A stretch of DNA of 64,000 nucleotides from Streptomyces sp. (GTDB lineage Bacteria > Actinomycetota > Actinomycetes > Streptomycetales > Streptomycetaceae), in the NCBI RefSeq assembly GCF_035644915.1, contig NZ_DASQNP010000006.1:996-64995 (forward strand), written 5' to 3'. Position 1 is the first letter of the stretch, and each line of letters starts with the position of its first letter. The translations under genes and the position numbers were made by a program. The notes below the pieces were generated by a model, which worked only from the letters and a program-made list of their open reading frames with translations, was not told the DNA's origin and made no database searches. Shown here one piece after another: positions 21,178-31,054 of this stretch.

Positions 21178-22497
21178 TCAGTAGGAGGGCAGGGGCTCGG
21201 GTCCGGTGGACGGCTCGCCGTCCGGCACCCGTTCGTCCCGCCCCAGCGCGACGGCCCCCGGGCCGCGGCGGGCGGTGCGCAGCAGCAGCCACCAGTTGAC
21301 GGCCAGGAGCAGGGCGAAGAGCGAGGTGAAGACGGTCAGCGAGGTGCGCATCGCGCCGGCCGACATCTCCGAGAGGGCGTCCTCGGTCCTCAGCAGCTCG
21401 TGGACCACCCACGGCTGCCGTCCCGCCTCCCGGAAGACCCAGCCCGCGGTCATCGCGACGTACGGCAGCGGCACCATGGCCATCAGCAGCAGGTGCCAGG
21501 GGCGGAAGCGGTGCACGGCCCGGCGGAAGCAGGCCAGCAGCGCCGAGCCGCAGGCGGCGTACAGCATCACCGCGAACACCAGGAGCATCACCAGCGCGGC
21601 ACCGCGGGTCAGGCCCTCGGAGGGCACGTAGTCGCCGGGCCCGAACCGCTCCACCAGCTCCGCCTGGAGCCGTGCGATCTCGGCGGTCTCCGCCTTCCAC
21701 ACGGCGTCCTTCATCGGCTGGTGGCCGGCGATCGCGGAGAGCTGGACGCCGCCGAAGGCCGCCGTCCACAGCAGCACGGGCGGCGCGGCGAAGACCGCGA
21801 TCCGCAGGGACCGCCGGAACAGGGCGGTGTCCGCCTCCGGGGAACGGCGCCGGAAGAGGTGGTACGCGCTGACCCCGGCCACGAAGAACGACGCCGTCAG
21901 CAGCCCGCCGCCCGCGATGTGCCCGAAGGCGAGCAGCGCGCTGGGATTGGTCAGGACGGCGGCGGCGTCGGTCAGTTCGATGCCGTGCCCGGTCTCGGTG
22001 TAGCCGACGGGGTGGTTGAGGAAGCCGTTGGCGACCAGGATCCAGTACGCCGACAGGTACGCCGTGGCGGTGACCACCCACAGCAGGGCGCAGTGCAGCC
22101 GGGGGCCGAAGCGGTGCCAGCCGAAGATCCACAGTCCCAGGAAGGTGGACTCCACGAAGAACGCGACGACCGTCTCCATCGCCAGCGCGGCGCCGAAGAC
22201 GTTCCCCGCGTAGTGCCCGAGCCCGCTCCAGGCCAGCCCGAACTGGAACTCCATGACGATGCCGGTGACGATCCCGACCGCGTAGTTGATGACGTAGAGC
22301 TGCCCCCAGAAGCGCACCATGCGCGCGTCACGCTCCGCGTCCCGGCCGCCGCGCCCGCCCCTGCGCAGCACCGCCCACGTCTGGAGGCCGGTCACGAAGG
22401 TGGCCAGTCCCAGCGTCAGCGAGACAAACAGGAAGTGCGCGGCAGCGGTGAGGGCGAACTGCCACCGGGCGAGGTCGAGTGCTTCGGAACCATCCAC
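21178..22497 (-). CDS. cydA: Cytochrome bd subunit I-like, short Q-loop
   Basis: RWQFALTAAAHFLF, GIVMEFQFG, METVVAFFVES, GWVFREAGRQPW; probable GTG start 22497. Confidence 0.82.
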   Translation of the reverse strand: MDGSEALDLARWQFALTAAAHFLFVSLTLGLATFVTGLQTWAVLRRGGRGGRDAERDARMVRFWGQLYVINYAVGIVTGIVMEFQFGLAWSGLGHYAGNVFGAALAMETVVAFFVESTFLGLWIFGWHRFGPRLHCALLWVVTATAYLSAYWILVANGFLNHPVGYTETGHGIELTDAAAVLTNPSALLAFGHIAGGGLLTASFFVAGVSAYHLFRRRSPEADTALFRRSLRIAVFAAPPVLLWTAAFGGVQLSAIAGHQPMKDAVWKAETAEIARLQAELVERFGPGDYVPSEGLTRGAALVMLLVFAVMLYAACGSALLACFRRAVHRFRPWHLLLMAMVPLPYVAMTAGWVFREAGRQPWVVHELLRTEDALSEMSAGAMRTSLTVFTSLFALLLAVNWWLLLRTARRGPGAVALGRDERVPDGEPSTGPEPLPSY

Positions 22498-22731
22498 GCC
22501 ACCACCGTCGGCGCACGCCTCCGTCCCGCGCGTCGGCCTGCGGCGGTCACCCGCGCTACCCCCCGGGTCGCGGCCGGGCACCCGGGCGTACCACCGGGGT
22601 TGCGGCCGCACGCCCCCGTCCCCTAGGGGCCGCGCCGCCCGGACCCCGACCCGTACGGCCGGGCGGACGTCCGGCGGTGGAGCGCTCCGGCCCCGCTACG
22701 CCGGGTGGTGCTCCCGGACCGCCCCGTGGTG

Positions 22732-23442
22732 CTACCCCAGCCAGCCCGGCGTGATCATTCCCGACTCGTAGGCGAGGATCACCAACTGCGCCCGGTCCCG
22801 TGCGCCGAGCTTGGTCATGATGCGGCTGACGTGCGTCTTCGCGGTGGCCGGGCTGAGCACCAGCCGCTCGGCGATCTCGTCGTTGGACAGCCCCGCGCCC
22901 ACCAGCGACATGACCTCCCGCTCGCGCTCGGTGAGCGCGTTCAGCCGGGGAGAGGGGTCGGGCTGCCGCGCCCGCCCGGCGAACTCCGCGATCAGCCGCC
23001 GCGTCACCGCCGGGGCGATCAGCGCGTCGCCGCGCGCCACGACCCGCACGGCGTGCAGCAGCTCCATCGGCTCGGTGTCCTTCAGCAGGAAGCCGGAGGC
23101 GCCCGCGCGCAGCGCCCCGTACACGTAGTCGTCCACGTCGAAGGTCGTCAGGATGACCACCCGCACCCGGGACAGCCGCTCGTCGGAGACGATCCGCCGG
23201 GTGGCCTCCAGGCCGTCCAGCTCCGGCATCCGGATGTCCATCAGCACCACGTCGGGCCGCAGCTCGCGCGCCAGGGCGACGGCGCGCCGCCCGTCCCCGG
23301 CCTCCCCGACGACCTCGATGTCCTCCTCGTCGTCGAGGATCGACCGGAAGCCCGCCCGCACGAGGGTCTGGTCGTCGGCGAGGAGGACACGTACCCTCTG
23401 CCCGTCACGGTCTCCGCGGTCTCCGGATGGGTGCTCAGCCAT
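22732..23442 (-). CDS. NarL/LuxR response regulator
   Basis: VLLADDQ, VLMDIRMP, GFLLKD, LTEREREV, TAKTHVSRI. Confidence 0.93.
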   Translation of the reverse strand: MAEHPSGDRGDRDGQRVRVLLADDQTLVRAGFRSILDDEEDIEVVGEAGDGRRAVALARELRPDVVLMDIRMPELDGLEATRRIVSDERLSRVRVVILTTFDVDDYVYGALRAGASGFLLKDTEPMELLHAVRVVARGDALIAPAVTRRLIAEFAGRARQPDPSPRLNALTEREREVMSLVGAGLSNDEIAERLVLSPATAKTHVSRIMTKLGARDRAQLVILAYESGMITPGWLG

Positions 23443-23850
23443 GGCACGAGCCTATGCCGCACGCCACCGCGGAAGCGGCGGGGCGGTCCGTCCGCCCGGT
23501 CCCCTCCCCGGCCGCGGGGAGCGGGGAGGACGGGGGGAGGACGGAGCAGGGGCGTGGAACCCGTCACACCACCCCGGCCACGGAGCGTGACGAGCCGGAC
23601 GGCGTGCGAGCGGCCGGACGGGGCGTCAACCGCCCGCATCCCGGCCGGACGGACGCCCCCGGGCGGTCCCGGCCGCTCCCGCGCACGAGGCGGCGCACCC
23701 GGCGCGGGAGCGGCCGGTCCCGTGATCCGCCGGGTCCGTTCGACCCTGTGCCCGGGACGGTGAGGGGGTAGTGTTCGAGGCATACGGTTGGCACAGTCAC
23801 CGGCGGCAGGTCCCGGTCCTCGGCCGACGTCGCACCGGAGGGGAGGGAGC

Positions 23851-25116
23851 ATGATCGAGGCGAGCCGCGACATCGACTACGCAGCCCTGTTCGACGCCAT
23901 CCCCACCCCCGTAGCGGTGCTCGACCCCGACCTGGTCATCGTGGCCGCCAACCATGCGTACCTGGAGGTCACCGGGCGCCGCCGGGAGGACCTGCTCGGC
24001 CGGTACGCGTTCGACGCCTTCCCGCCGAACCCGGCCGACCCCCAGGCCGACGGCCTGCGGAACCTCCTGGCCTCGTTCCGGCGCGTCCTGGAGACCGGCA
24101 AGCCGGACACCATGGTCCTCCAGCGGTACGACATCGCCGTGCCGGGCAAGGAGGGGACGTACGAGGAGCGGTACTGGAGCCCGGTCAACACCCCGGTCCT
24201 CAACCCGGACGGCTCGGTGGCCCTGATCATCAACCGCGTCGAGGACGCCACCGCGTACGTGCGCGACAGCCTCGCCAGCCCCAGCAGCCTGACCGGCCGG
24301 GGCGACGAACTGCGGGCGGTCGGCGGGAAGATCGCGGAGGCCGAGCTCTACGCCCGCGCGCGCGAGCTGTACGAGCACAACGAGCGGCTCCGGGCGGCCC
24401 ACGCCCGTGAGCACCAGGTGGCCCTCACCCTCCAGCAGGCCATGCTCCCCACCCACATGCCGCTCCAGCACCGCAACGCGGCCGTCCGCTACCGGCCCGC
24501 CATGGGGTCGCTGAACGTGTGCGGCGACTGGTACGACCTGATCAACCTCAGCGACGACCGCTTCGCCGTCGCCGTGGGGGACGTCGTCGGCCGGGGCCTG
24601 GAGGCCGCCAGCGTGATGGGGCAGCTCCGCAGCGCCCTCAGCGCCTCCATGCGGGTCGCCGACGGCCCCGCCCAGGCGCTGTACGGACTCGACCTGTACG
24701 CCCGCTCCCTGGACGGCGCGCTGGCCACCACCACCGTCAAGATCGACATCGACACCCACACGCACACCCTCACCTACAGCAGCGCCGGGCACCTGCCCCC
24801 GATGCTGTGCCACCCCGACAAGCGCGTCGAGTACCTGGACCAGGCCACCGACGTGCCCCTGGCCGCCCGGAGCAGGCCCTCCCACCGGCCCCAGGCGGTC
24901 ACCACCTACGACCCCGGAGCCGTCCTCATCCTGTACACCGACGGGCTCGTCGAGCGCCGCGAGGAGACCATCGACACCGGGCTGGACCGGCTCTCCGAGA
25001 GCCTGGCCCGGCACAGCGACCTGGGCCCCGAGGAGATCGCCGACAACCTCCTGGAGGACCTCGGCGTGAACGACGGCAACCCCGACGACATCGCCCTGGT
25101 CGTCATCCGGCTCTGA
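23851..25116 (+). CDS. PAS + SpoIIE/PP2C phosphatase (RsbU-like)
   Basis: PAS (LFDAIPTPVAVLDPDLVIVAAN); CGDWYD, VGDVVGRG, AGHLPP, YTDGLVE, DDIALV. Confidence 0.9.
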   Translation: MIEASRDIDYAALFDAIPTPVAVLDPDLVIVAANHAYLEVTGRRREDLLGRYAFDAFPPNPADPQADGLRNLLASFRRVLETGKPDTMVLQRYDIAVPGKEGTYEERYWSPVNTPVLNPDGSVALIINRVEDATAYVRDSLASPSSLTGRGDELRAVGGKIAEAELYARARELYEHNERLRAAHAREHQVALTLQQAMLPTHMPLQHRNAAVRYRPAMGSLNVCGDWYDLINLSDDRFAVAVGDVVGRGLEAASVMGQLRSALSASMRVADGPAQALYGLDLYARSLDGALATTTVKIDIDTHTHTLTYSSAGHLPPMLCHPDKRVEYLDQATDVPLAARSRPSHRPQAVTTYDPGAVLILYTDGLVERREETIDTGLDRLSESLARHSDLGPEEIADNLLEDLGVNDGNPDDIALVVIRL

Positions 25117-25169
25117 GGGTCCCCCCATCCGGCTCCGAGGACCCCGCCATCCGGCTCCGGGGCCTCACC
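25104..25169 (+). repeat. Degenerate 22-bp tandem repeat x3
   Basis: CATCCGGCTC at 25104, 25126, 25148. Confidence 0.75.
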
Positions 25170-26403
25170 GCCCGCCGTCGCCGAGCGGCAGCCGGGCCTC
25201 CACGCGGAAGCCCCGGACCGGGCCCCGGCCCCCGCCGTCCCCGCCGCCCTCACCGTTCCCGCGGACGTTCCCCGCGGTCAGTTCGCCGCCCAGCGCCCGG
25301 GCCCGTTCCGCCATCCCCGCGATGCCGCTGCCCGTGCCCGCCCCGGCCGCCGCGTCCGCGTCCTCCGGCGCGCCGCGCCCGTCGTCCTCCACCCGCACCC
25401 GCAGGTCGTCCCCCTCGTACCGGAGCGTGACGACCGCCCGCCGCGCCCGCGCGTGGCGGGCCACGTTCGTCAGGGACTCCTGCACGATCCGGTACGCGGC
25501 GTGGCCGACCTGCGGCGGTACGAGCCGCCCCCGCGGTCCCTCGGTCTCCAGCCGCGCGTCCAGTCCGGCCGCGCGCGCCCGCTCCACCAGCCCGCGCACC
25601 TCCTCCAGACCGGGCGCGGGCGCGGTCGGGGCCGCCTCCTCGCCCGCCTGCCGCAGCACCCCGAGCGTGGCGCGCAGCTCGCGCAGGGCGTCCTTGCTGG
25701 TGGCGCGGACGGCCTCCAGCGCCGCCACCAGCTCCGCGGTCCCCTCCGGGCGCCGGGCGTGCCGGTGCAGCGCGGCGCCGGACTGCACGTTGATCAGCGA
25801 CAGGCTGTGGCCGATCACGTCGTGCAGCTCCCGGGCGATCCGCAGCCGCTCCTCCGTGGCGGACTGCCGCGCCCGCACCTCCTTCTCGCGCTCGGCCGCG
25901 CTCGCCCGCCGCTCGACCTCCCGCAGGTACGCCTGCCGGTTCCGCTGGGCGTGCCCGAAGGCGATCACGCCGAACAGCCAGCCGGTCAGCAGCACCATCG
26001 CGGCGTCGTCCACGTGGCGCCGCTCCCCCGGCCGGGGCACCAGCTCGCCGTACCCGACGGCCAGCATCGTCAGCACGGCGAGCGCGACGGCCGCCGCGAG
26101 GTGCCCCCCGGCCGCGACCGTGTAGAGGGCGACGACGTAGGCGATCATGGGCAGGGCGCTGTCGTACGGGTTGACCGGGTAGTAGACCCCCGCGCACAGC
26201 AGGGCGACCAGCGCCACCGGCACCGGCCACCTCCGCCGCCAGTACAGGACCCCGCAGCCGACCGCGATCAGCAGCCAGTCGAGGACCATCGCCGGCCACG
26301 GTCCGCCGATGACGGCCATCCGGTACGCGTTGTACCCGGCCAGGACCAGCGCGACGGCGGCGGCCGACAGGTGTGCGGGACGGCGGGTCGCGGGCAGTCG
26401 CAT
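25165..26403 (-). CDS. HisKA_3 (NarX/UhpB-type) membrane sensor kinase
   Basis: ERLRIARELHDVIGHSLS, YRIVQESLTNVARHA, VEDDGRG, GSGIAGMAER. Confidence 0.92.
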   Translation of the reverse strand: MRLPATRRPAHLSAAAVALVLAGYNAYRMAVIGGPWPAMVLDWLLIAVGCGVLYWRRRWPVPVALVALLCAGVYYPVNPYDSALPMIAYVVALYTVAAGGHLAAAVALAVLTMLAVGYGELVPRPGERRHVDDAAMVLLTGWLFGVIAFGHAQRNRQAYLREVERRASAAEREKEVRARQSATEERLRIARELHDVIGHSLSLINVQSGAALHRHARRPEGTAELVAALEAVRATSKDALRELRATLGVLRQAGEEAAPTAPAPGLEEVRGLVERARAAGLDARLETEGPRGRLVPPQVGHAAYRIVQESLTNVARHARARRAVVTLRYEGDDLRVRVEDDGRGAPEDADAAAGAGTGSGIAGMAERARALGGELTAGNVRGNGEGGGDGGGRGPVRGFRVEARLPLGDGGR

Positions 26404-26483
26404 GGAACGAAGCGTACGTAGGGTGAGCGCCACCGGCGCGGCGCCGCCGACGGCACGACGACCACGACGACGAGGAGGACCCG

Positions 26484-26903
26484 ATGTCCGACGCCCCGAC
26501 CCCCGCGAGCGACGAGCCCGCCCACGACCCGGAGGTGCTCCAGCTCGCGGCCAAGGTCTTCGATCTCGCCCGGGACGGTGACACGGACACCCTCGCCGCG
26601 TACGTGGACGCGGGCGTACCGGTCAACCTGACCAACGACAAGGGCGACTCGCTGCTGATGCTCGCCGCCTACTACGGCCGCACCGCCACGGTGCGGGCCC
26701 TCCTCGAACGCGGCGCCGACCCCAACCGGATCAACGACCGCGGCCAGAGCCCCCTGGCGGGAGCGGTCTTCAAGGACGAGGAGGAGATGGTGCGGCTGCT
26801 GCTGGAGGCGGGCGCCGACCCGTCCGCCGGACGCCCGTCGGCCATCGACACGGCGCGGATGTTCGGCCGGGACGGGCTGCTGGGGCTGCTCGGCGCGGAG
26901 TGA
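26484..26903 (+). CDS. Ankyrin-repeat protein
   Basis: GDSLLMLAAYYG, GADPNRINDRGQSPLAGA. Confidence 0.9.
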   Translation: MSDAPTPASDEPAHDPEVLQLAAKVFDLARDGDTDTLAAYVDAGVPVNLTNDKGDSLLMLAAYYGRTATVRALLERGADPNRINDRGQSPLAGAVFKDEEEMVRLLLEAGADPSAGRPSAIDTARMFGRDGLLGLLGAE

Positions 26904-26905
26904 CG

Positions 26906-26942
26906 GGCCGGCCGGGCGGCGGTGCGGGCCGCCCGGCCGGCC
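26906..26942. terminator. Hairpin between convergent ankyrin and FMN reductase genes
   Basis: Perfect 15-bp inverted repeat GGCCGGCCGGGCGGC / GCCGCCCGGCCGGCC. Confidence 0.65.
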
Positions 26943-26961
26943 CCGGCCGGGTGGCGCCGGC

Positions 26962-27534
26962 TCACCCGGCCGCCGGGTACGGCGTCTCCTCCCGGGCCCG
27001 CCGCAGGGCCAGCGCCCACCACGCGAGCTGGTCCAGCAGCACGGTCGCGGCCTGCGCCACCTCGTCCTCCCGCACGTGCTCGCCGTCGGGGCCGAAGTCC
27101 TCCCACGCGTCGTGGAAGCTGACCACGTCCCGGAGGGTGACCGCGTGCTGCTCGGCGAGGACCCCCCGGAGGTGCTCCACCGACCGCAGCCCGCCGGCCC
27201 GCCCGCCGTACGACACGAAGCCGACCGGCTTGGCGAACCACTCCGTCCTGATGGAGTCGATCGCGGTCTTCAACGGGCCGGGGAAGCTGTGGTTGTACTC
27301 GGGCGTCACGATCACGACGGCGTCGGCGGCGCCGATCCGCTCCGCGAAACCGCGTCCGCCCTCGTCCGGCTGCACGAGGTCGATCACGTCGAGCTTCACC
27401 TCGTCACGCCGCTCGGCCTGCCGCACGAACCAGTTGCCCACGGTGGTGACGAACCGTCCCTCCCGCACGCTCCCGAGGATCACGGCGAGCCGGTACTGGT
27501 CCTGCCGCACGGCGGCGTTCGTGTCGGTGGTCAT
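26962..27534 (-). CDS. NADPH-dependent FMN reductase
   Basis: GSVREGR, TPEYNHSFPGPLKTAID, KPVGFVSYGG. Confidence 0.92.
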   Translation of the reverse strand: MTTDTNAAVRQDQYRLAVILGSVREGRFVTTVGNWFVRQAERRDEVKLDVIDLVQPDEGGRGFAERIGAADAVVIVTPEYNHSFPGPLKTAIDSIRTEWFAKPVGFVSYGGRAGGLRSVEHLRGVLAEQHAVTLRDVVSFHDAWEDFGPDGEHVREDEVAQAATVLLDQLAWWALALRRAREETPYPAAG

Positions 27535-27630
27535 CTCGCATCCCGTTCTGTAGGAGTTCTGCCTGCGAACGAGAAGGTAGAACTTCAAGCAGACTTGAAG
27601 TCAACTGCGCCGCCGGAGCGTCCCGGAGCG

Positions 27631-28566
27631 CTAGTGGGCGATGCCGTCGATCAGGTCGCGCGCGCCCTGGCGGAGCAGGGCGACGGCGACGGAGGTGCCG
27701 AGGGTCGCCGGGTCGAGGCGGCCCGCCCACTCGTGCGCGTTGAGGACCGTCTTGCCGTCGGGGGTGAACACGGCGGCCCGCAGCGACAGTTCACCGCCGC
27801 GCCCGACCCTGGCGTACCCGGCGATCGGGCTGTTGCAGTGCCCCTGGAGGACGTGGAGGAACATCCGCTCGGCGGTGGCCTCGCGGTGGGTGTCCGGATC
27901 GCCCAGGTCGCTGACGGTGTCGATGACGGCGGTGTCGTCCTCCCGGCACTGCAGGGCGAGGATTCCCGCGCCGATCGGCGGCATCATCACCTCGGGCGAC
28001 AGGACCTCGCTGATCACGTCCGTGCGGCCGATGCGCTCCAGGCCGGACACGGCCAGCAGCAGGGCGTCCGCCTCGCCGGCCGCCAGCTTCTCCAGCCGCC
28101 GGTTGGCGTTCCCGCGGAACGGCACGCACCTCAGGTGCGGGTAGGAGGCGGCGAGCTGCGCGGTACGGCGCACGGAGGAGGTGCCGATCCGGGTGCCGGG
28201 CGGAAGCTCGTCCAGGGTGAGCCCGCCCGGGTGGACGAGGGCGTCGCGGATGTCGTCGCGCTTGAGGAACGCGGCGAACACCGTGCCGGCCGGAAGCGGC
28301 CGGTCGGCGGGCACGTCCTTGACGCAGTGCACCGCCAGATCGGCCTCGCCGGCCAGGAGGGCGGCATCGACCTCCTTGGTGAACGCCCCCTTGCCCTCGA
28401 CCTGGGAGAGGTCTCCCAGCCACCGGTCGCCGGTCGTCTTCACCGGAACGACCTCGGTGCGGATGCGGGGGTGGCGCGCGGCCAGCTCGGCGCGGACCCG
28501 CTCCACCTGGGCCAGGGCCATGGGCGAGTCGCGGGAGACGATGCGGATCAGCTCGGGGGCGGACAT
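27631..28566 (-). CDS. hemC: Hydroxymethylbilane synthase (stand-alone)
   Basis: [43 protein letters not shown] (cofactor Cys). Confidence 0.92.
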   Translation of the reverse strand: MSAPELIRIVSRDSPMALAQVERVRAELAARHPRIRTEVVPVKTTGDRWLGDLSQVEGKGAFTKEVDAALLAGEADLAVHCVKDVPADRPLPAGTVFAAFLKRDDIRDALVHPGGLTLDELPPGTRIGTSSVRRTAQLAASYPHLRCVPFRGNANRRLEKLAAGEADALLLAVSGLERIGRTDVISEVLSPEVMMPPIGAGILALQCREDDTAVIDTVSDLGDPDTHREATAERMFLHVLQGHCNSPIAGYARVGRGGELSLRAAVFTPDGKTVLNAHEWAGRLDPATLGTSVAVALLRQGARDLIDGIAH

Positions 28567-28767
28567 GGCGCCCACCCTAGGGCGTCGCGCGCGCCCCGGC
28601 GGACGATCCGGCCACCGCGGGCCCGTCCGGGGCCGGATCCGTCCTCCGCGGCGGGCCCGTCCGGGGCCGTGGACAAAACCCCGCCACTACTGGCGTCGGA
28701 AAGCGACGATCGGGATACAGAAAGTGATAGTCGCCCGTTAGAGGGCCATCACGGAGCACGGAGCACG

Positions 28768-29004
28768 ATGGAATCCCGAATTCAGCACCCTTCGGCGGCC
28801 TTCGCCGACAGCGAGGACTTCGCCCGCGCCGCGACGGACGCGGACACCGCGGCGGAGGTCCTGCTCGGTTTCGACGACAGGGGGTTCTGGTGGACGCCGG
28901 TACCCGTACGCACCGCGCCCGGGCCGGCCTTCGTGCCGACCGCGCCGCTCGCGGAGCTGCCGGAGGAGGCCGTGGACGCGCTGAGGGCGTGGGTGGCGCG
29001 ATGA
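28768..29004 (+). CDS. Small hypothetical protein (78 aa)
   Basis: ATG after GGAG; stop overlaps next ATG (ATGA). Confidence 0.5.
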   Translation: MESRIQHPSAAFADSEDFARAATDADTAAEVLLGFDDRGFWWTPVPVRTAPGPAFVPTAPLAELPEEAVDALRAWVAR

Positions 29005-29264
29005 ACACCCACGAGCGCGCGGACGGGCGGAGCGGACGGGAAGCTCTTCCCGGGATCACGGTCGGTTCGGTGGTGCGGGATCTGCGGGACGGCCGCGTGG
29101 GGGACGTGATGGACATCCACCCCGGGCGGGTCTGGCTGCGTCCGCTGGGCGGCGGGCGCGAGTGGGACGCGGCGCCGGACGAGGTCCAGCCGCTCACCCC
29201 CCGCGAACAGCTCAGCGCCCGCCTCGCCGCCGCCAACGCCCGCAGCCGCCGCGACCTGCCGTGA
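29001..29264 (+). CDS. Small SH3-like hypothetical protein
   Basis: VGSVVRD...GRVGDVMD...VWLRPLGGGREW, a pattern common in streptomycete small ORFs. Confidence 0.7.
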   Translation: MNTHERADGRSGREALPGITVGSVVRDLRDGRVGDVMDIHPGRVWLRPLGGGREWDAAPDEVQPLTPREQLSARLAAANARSRRDLP

Positions 29265-29512
29265 CTGCCGTGACCCGTATGGCGCGTGACCCGCGTGACG
29301 GGAGCCCGCCGGCCGGGGCGGCCGGCGGGCTCCGGACGCACGGGCGGGGACGGCGCGAACGGGAGCCGGAGCGGGAGGACGGCCGTGGCCCCGGTGCGGC
29401 CGCCCCCGCGGGCAGGCCGCCCGCGCGAGGCCCCCTCGTCCGCCCGCCTCGTCGGCCGGGTTGGCCGGAAGTCGTCGTGCACGTACCGTGCGCGCCCGCA
29501 TACGCTGCGCCG

Positions 29513-30595
29513 GTGGAGATCATCGGCGAACACCGGCGGCAGGACCCCGGAACGGAGGAGGCGGCCACGCGGCCGCTGTCCTTCGTCGTGGGCACCGGAC
29601 GGAGCGGTTCGACCGCGCTGTCGCGCGTCCTCAACCTGCATCCGGAGGTCCTCAGCCTCAACGAACTGCTCTCCTCCGTCGGTCCGGAGGGCATGCCCGA
29701 GGGCTCCCTCACCGGCGAGGAGTTCTGGCGGCTCCTCGCCGACCCCAACCCGGGCTTCGACAGGATGATCCGCAGCGGCGCGGCCATACCGGAGTTCCTG
29801 TATCCGCGGCGCCCGGGACGCTTCTCGGCCGGGACCACCGGCATCCCCGGGCTGTGCATGATGGTGCTGCCGCACCTCACCGACGACCCCGACGGGCTGC
29901 TGGACGAGCTCGCGCCGCGGGTGTCCGCCTGGCCGCGCCGCCCGGTCGAGCGGCAGTACCGGGAGCTCTTCGGCCTGCTGTGCGCCCGGTTCGGGCGGCG
30001 GGCGGTGGTGGAGCGCTCGGGGTTCTCGGTGCGGTGGGTGCCCCGGCTGCGCGCGGGCTTCCCCGAGGCGGGGTTCGTCCACCTGCACCGCGACGGCCCC
30101 GACTGCGCCCTCTCGATGAGCCGCCACACCGGCTTCCGGCTGCTCCTGCTCCAGGCCGAGATCCTCGCCCGCCTGGGGCTGGAGCCCGGCACCGAGCTGA
30201 CGCCGGAGCACGCCCGGGAGCTGCCGCCGGACCTGGCCGGGCTGCTGGAGGGGGACACCTTCGACCCCCGGCTGGTGTCCGACCGGGAGATTCCGGTGGC
30301 CCGGTTCGGCGAGCTGTGGTCGCGGTTGGTGACCGAGTGCGTGGCGCACCTGGAGAAGGTGCCGGAGGCGGCCCGGATGAGCCTGGCGTACGAGGACCTG
30401 CTGGACGCGCCGGAGGAGGAGCTGTCCCGGCTGGCCGGGTTCGTCGGCGTGGAGCCGGACCGGCGGTGGCTGGCGGCGGGCCGGTCGATGCTCGACGCGA
30501 GCCGGCGCGGGGCCGCGCTGCGGCTGCCGCCGGACGAGCTGGCCGCGCTGCGGGACGCCTGCGCGCCGGGAGAACGGGCGCTGGCCCGGGCGTGA
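29513..30595 (+). CDS. Sulfotransferase-family protein
   Basis: PAPS loop FVVGTGRSGSTAL, VHLHRDGPDCALS, AYEDLL; start approximate. Confidence 0.82.
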   Translation: MEIIGEHRRQDPGTEEAATRPLSFVVGTGRSGSTALSRVLNLHPEVLSLNELLSSVGPEGMPEGSLTGEEFWRLLADPNPGFDRMIRSGAAIPEFLYPRRPGRFSAGTTGIPGLCMMVLPHLTDDPDGLLDELAPRVSAWPRRPVERQYRELFGLLCARFGRRAVVERSGFSVRWVPRLRAGFPEAGFVHLHRDGPDCALSMSRHTGFRLLLLQAEILARLGLEPGTELTPEHARELPPDLAGLLEGDTFDPRLVSDREIPVARFGELWSRLVTECVAHLEKVPEAARMSLAYEDLLDAPEEELSRLAGFVGVEPDRRWLAAGRSMLDASRRGAALRLPPDELAALRDACAPGERALARA

Positions 30596-30617
30596 TCCGG
30601 GGGCGGAGTCCTTCGGC

Positions 30618-30647
30618 CTTCCGGGCTTCCGGGCTTCCGGGCTTCCG
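30618..30647 (+). repeat. 8-bp tandem repeat (CTTCCGGG) x3.75
   Basis: Read directly, just after the sulfotransferase stop. Confidence 0.85.
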
Positions 30648-31054
30648 CAGAAACGATCATGCTGCGGTGGCGGCCGGCCTCCCCGGGAACGCCACAGGCC
30701 GGGAGCCGGACACCCGCGATCGCACCCGCGATCGACCGGGGAAGCACACCGCGGGGCGCCGCCTCGTCGACCGACGCCGGAACGCCGCTCACCGCCGGGC
30801 GGGCCGCCTCCGCACGACGTCCGCCCATCCGCGCACCGGGCTCCGTACCGGCCCCGGGAGTCCCGCGCGACCGGCGGAATCCGCAGGACACCGCGGGCTC
30901 TGACGGACCGTCGGCGAACCGGGCCGGCGGGCGGCGGAATTCCGGTGGCAGTGGCCGGTGTTGGGCACGAGCGACGACGTACGGCCCGGCGAGGGGCCGG
31001 ACACATGCGGGTGACCGCCCGCCACGACCACACCGGATCCGGGGAGCCACCGCG

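Noticed and set aside
23738-23770. SigB-like promoter GTTC...GGGGTA before SpoIIE
   Set aside because: Spacer of 23 nt is too long
25104-25169. Possible mini-CRISPR
   Set aside because: 10-bp core with 12-bp similar spacers, too short; no cas genes
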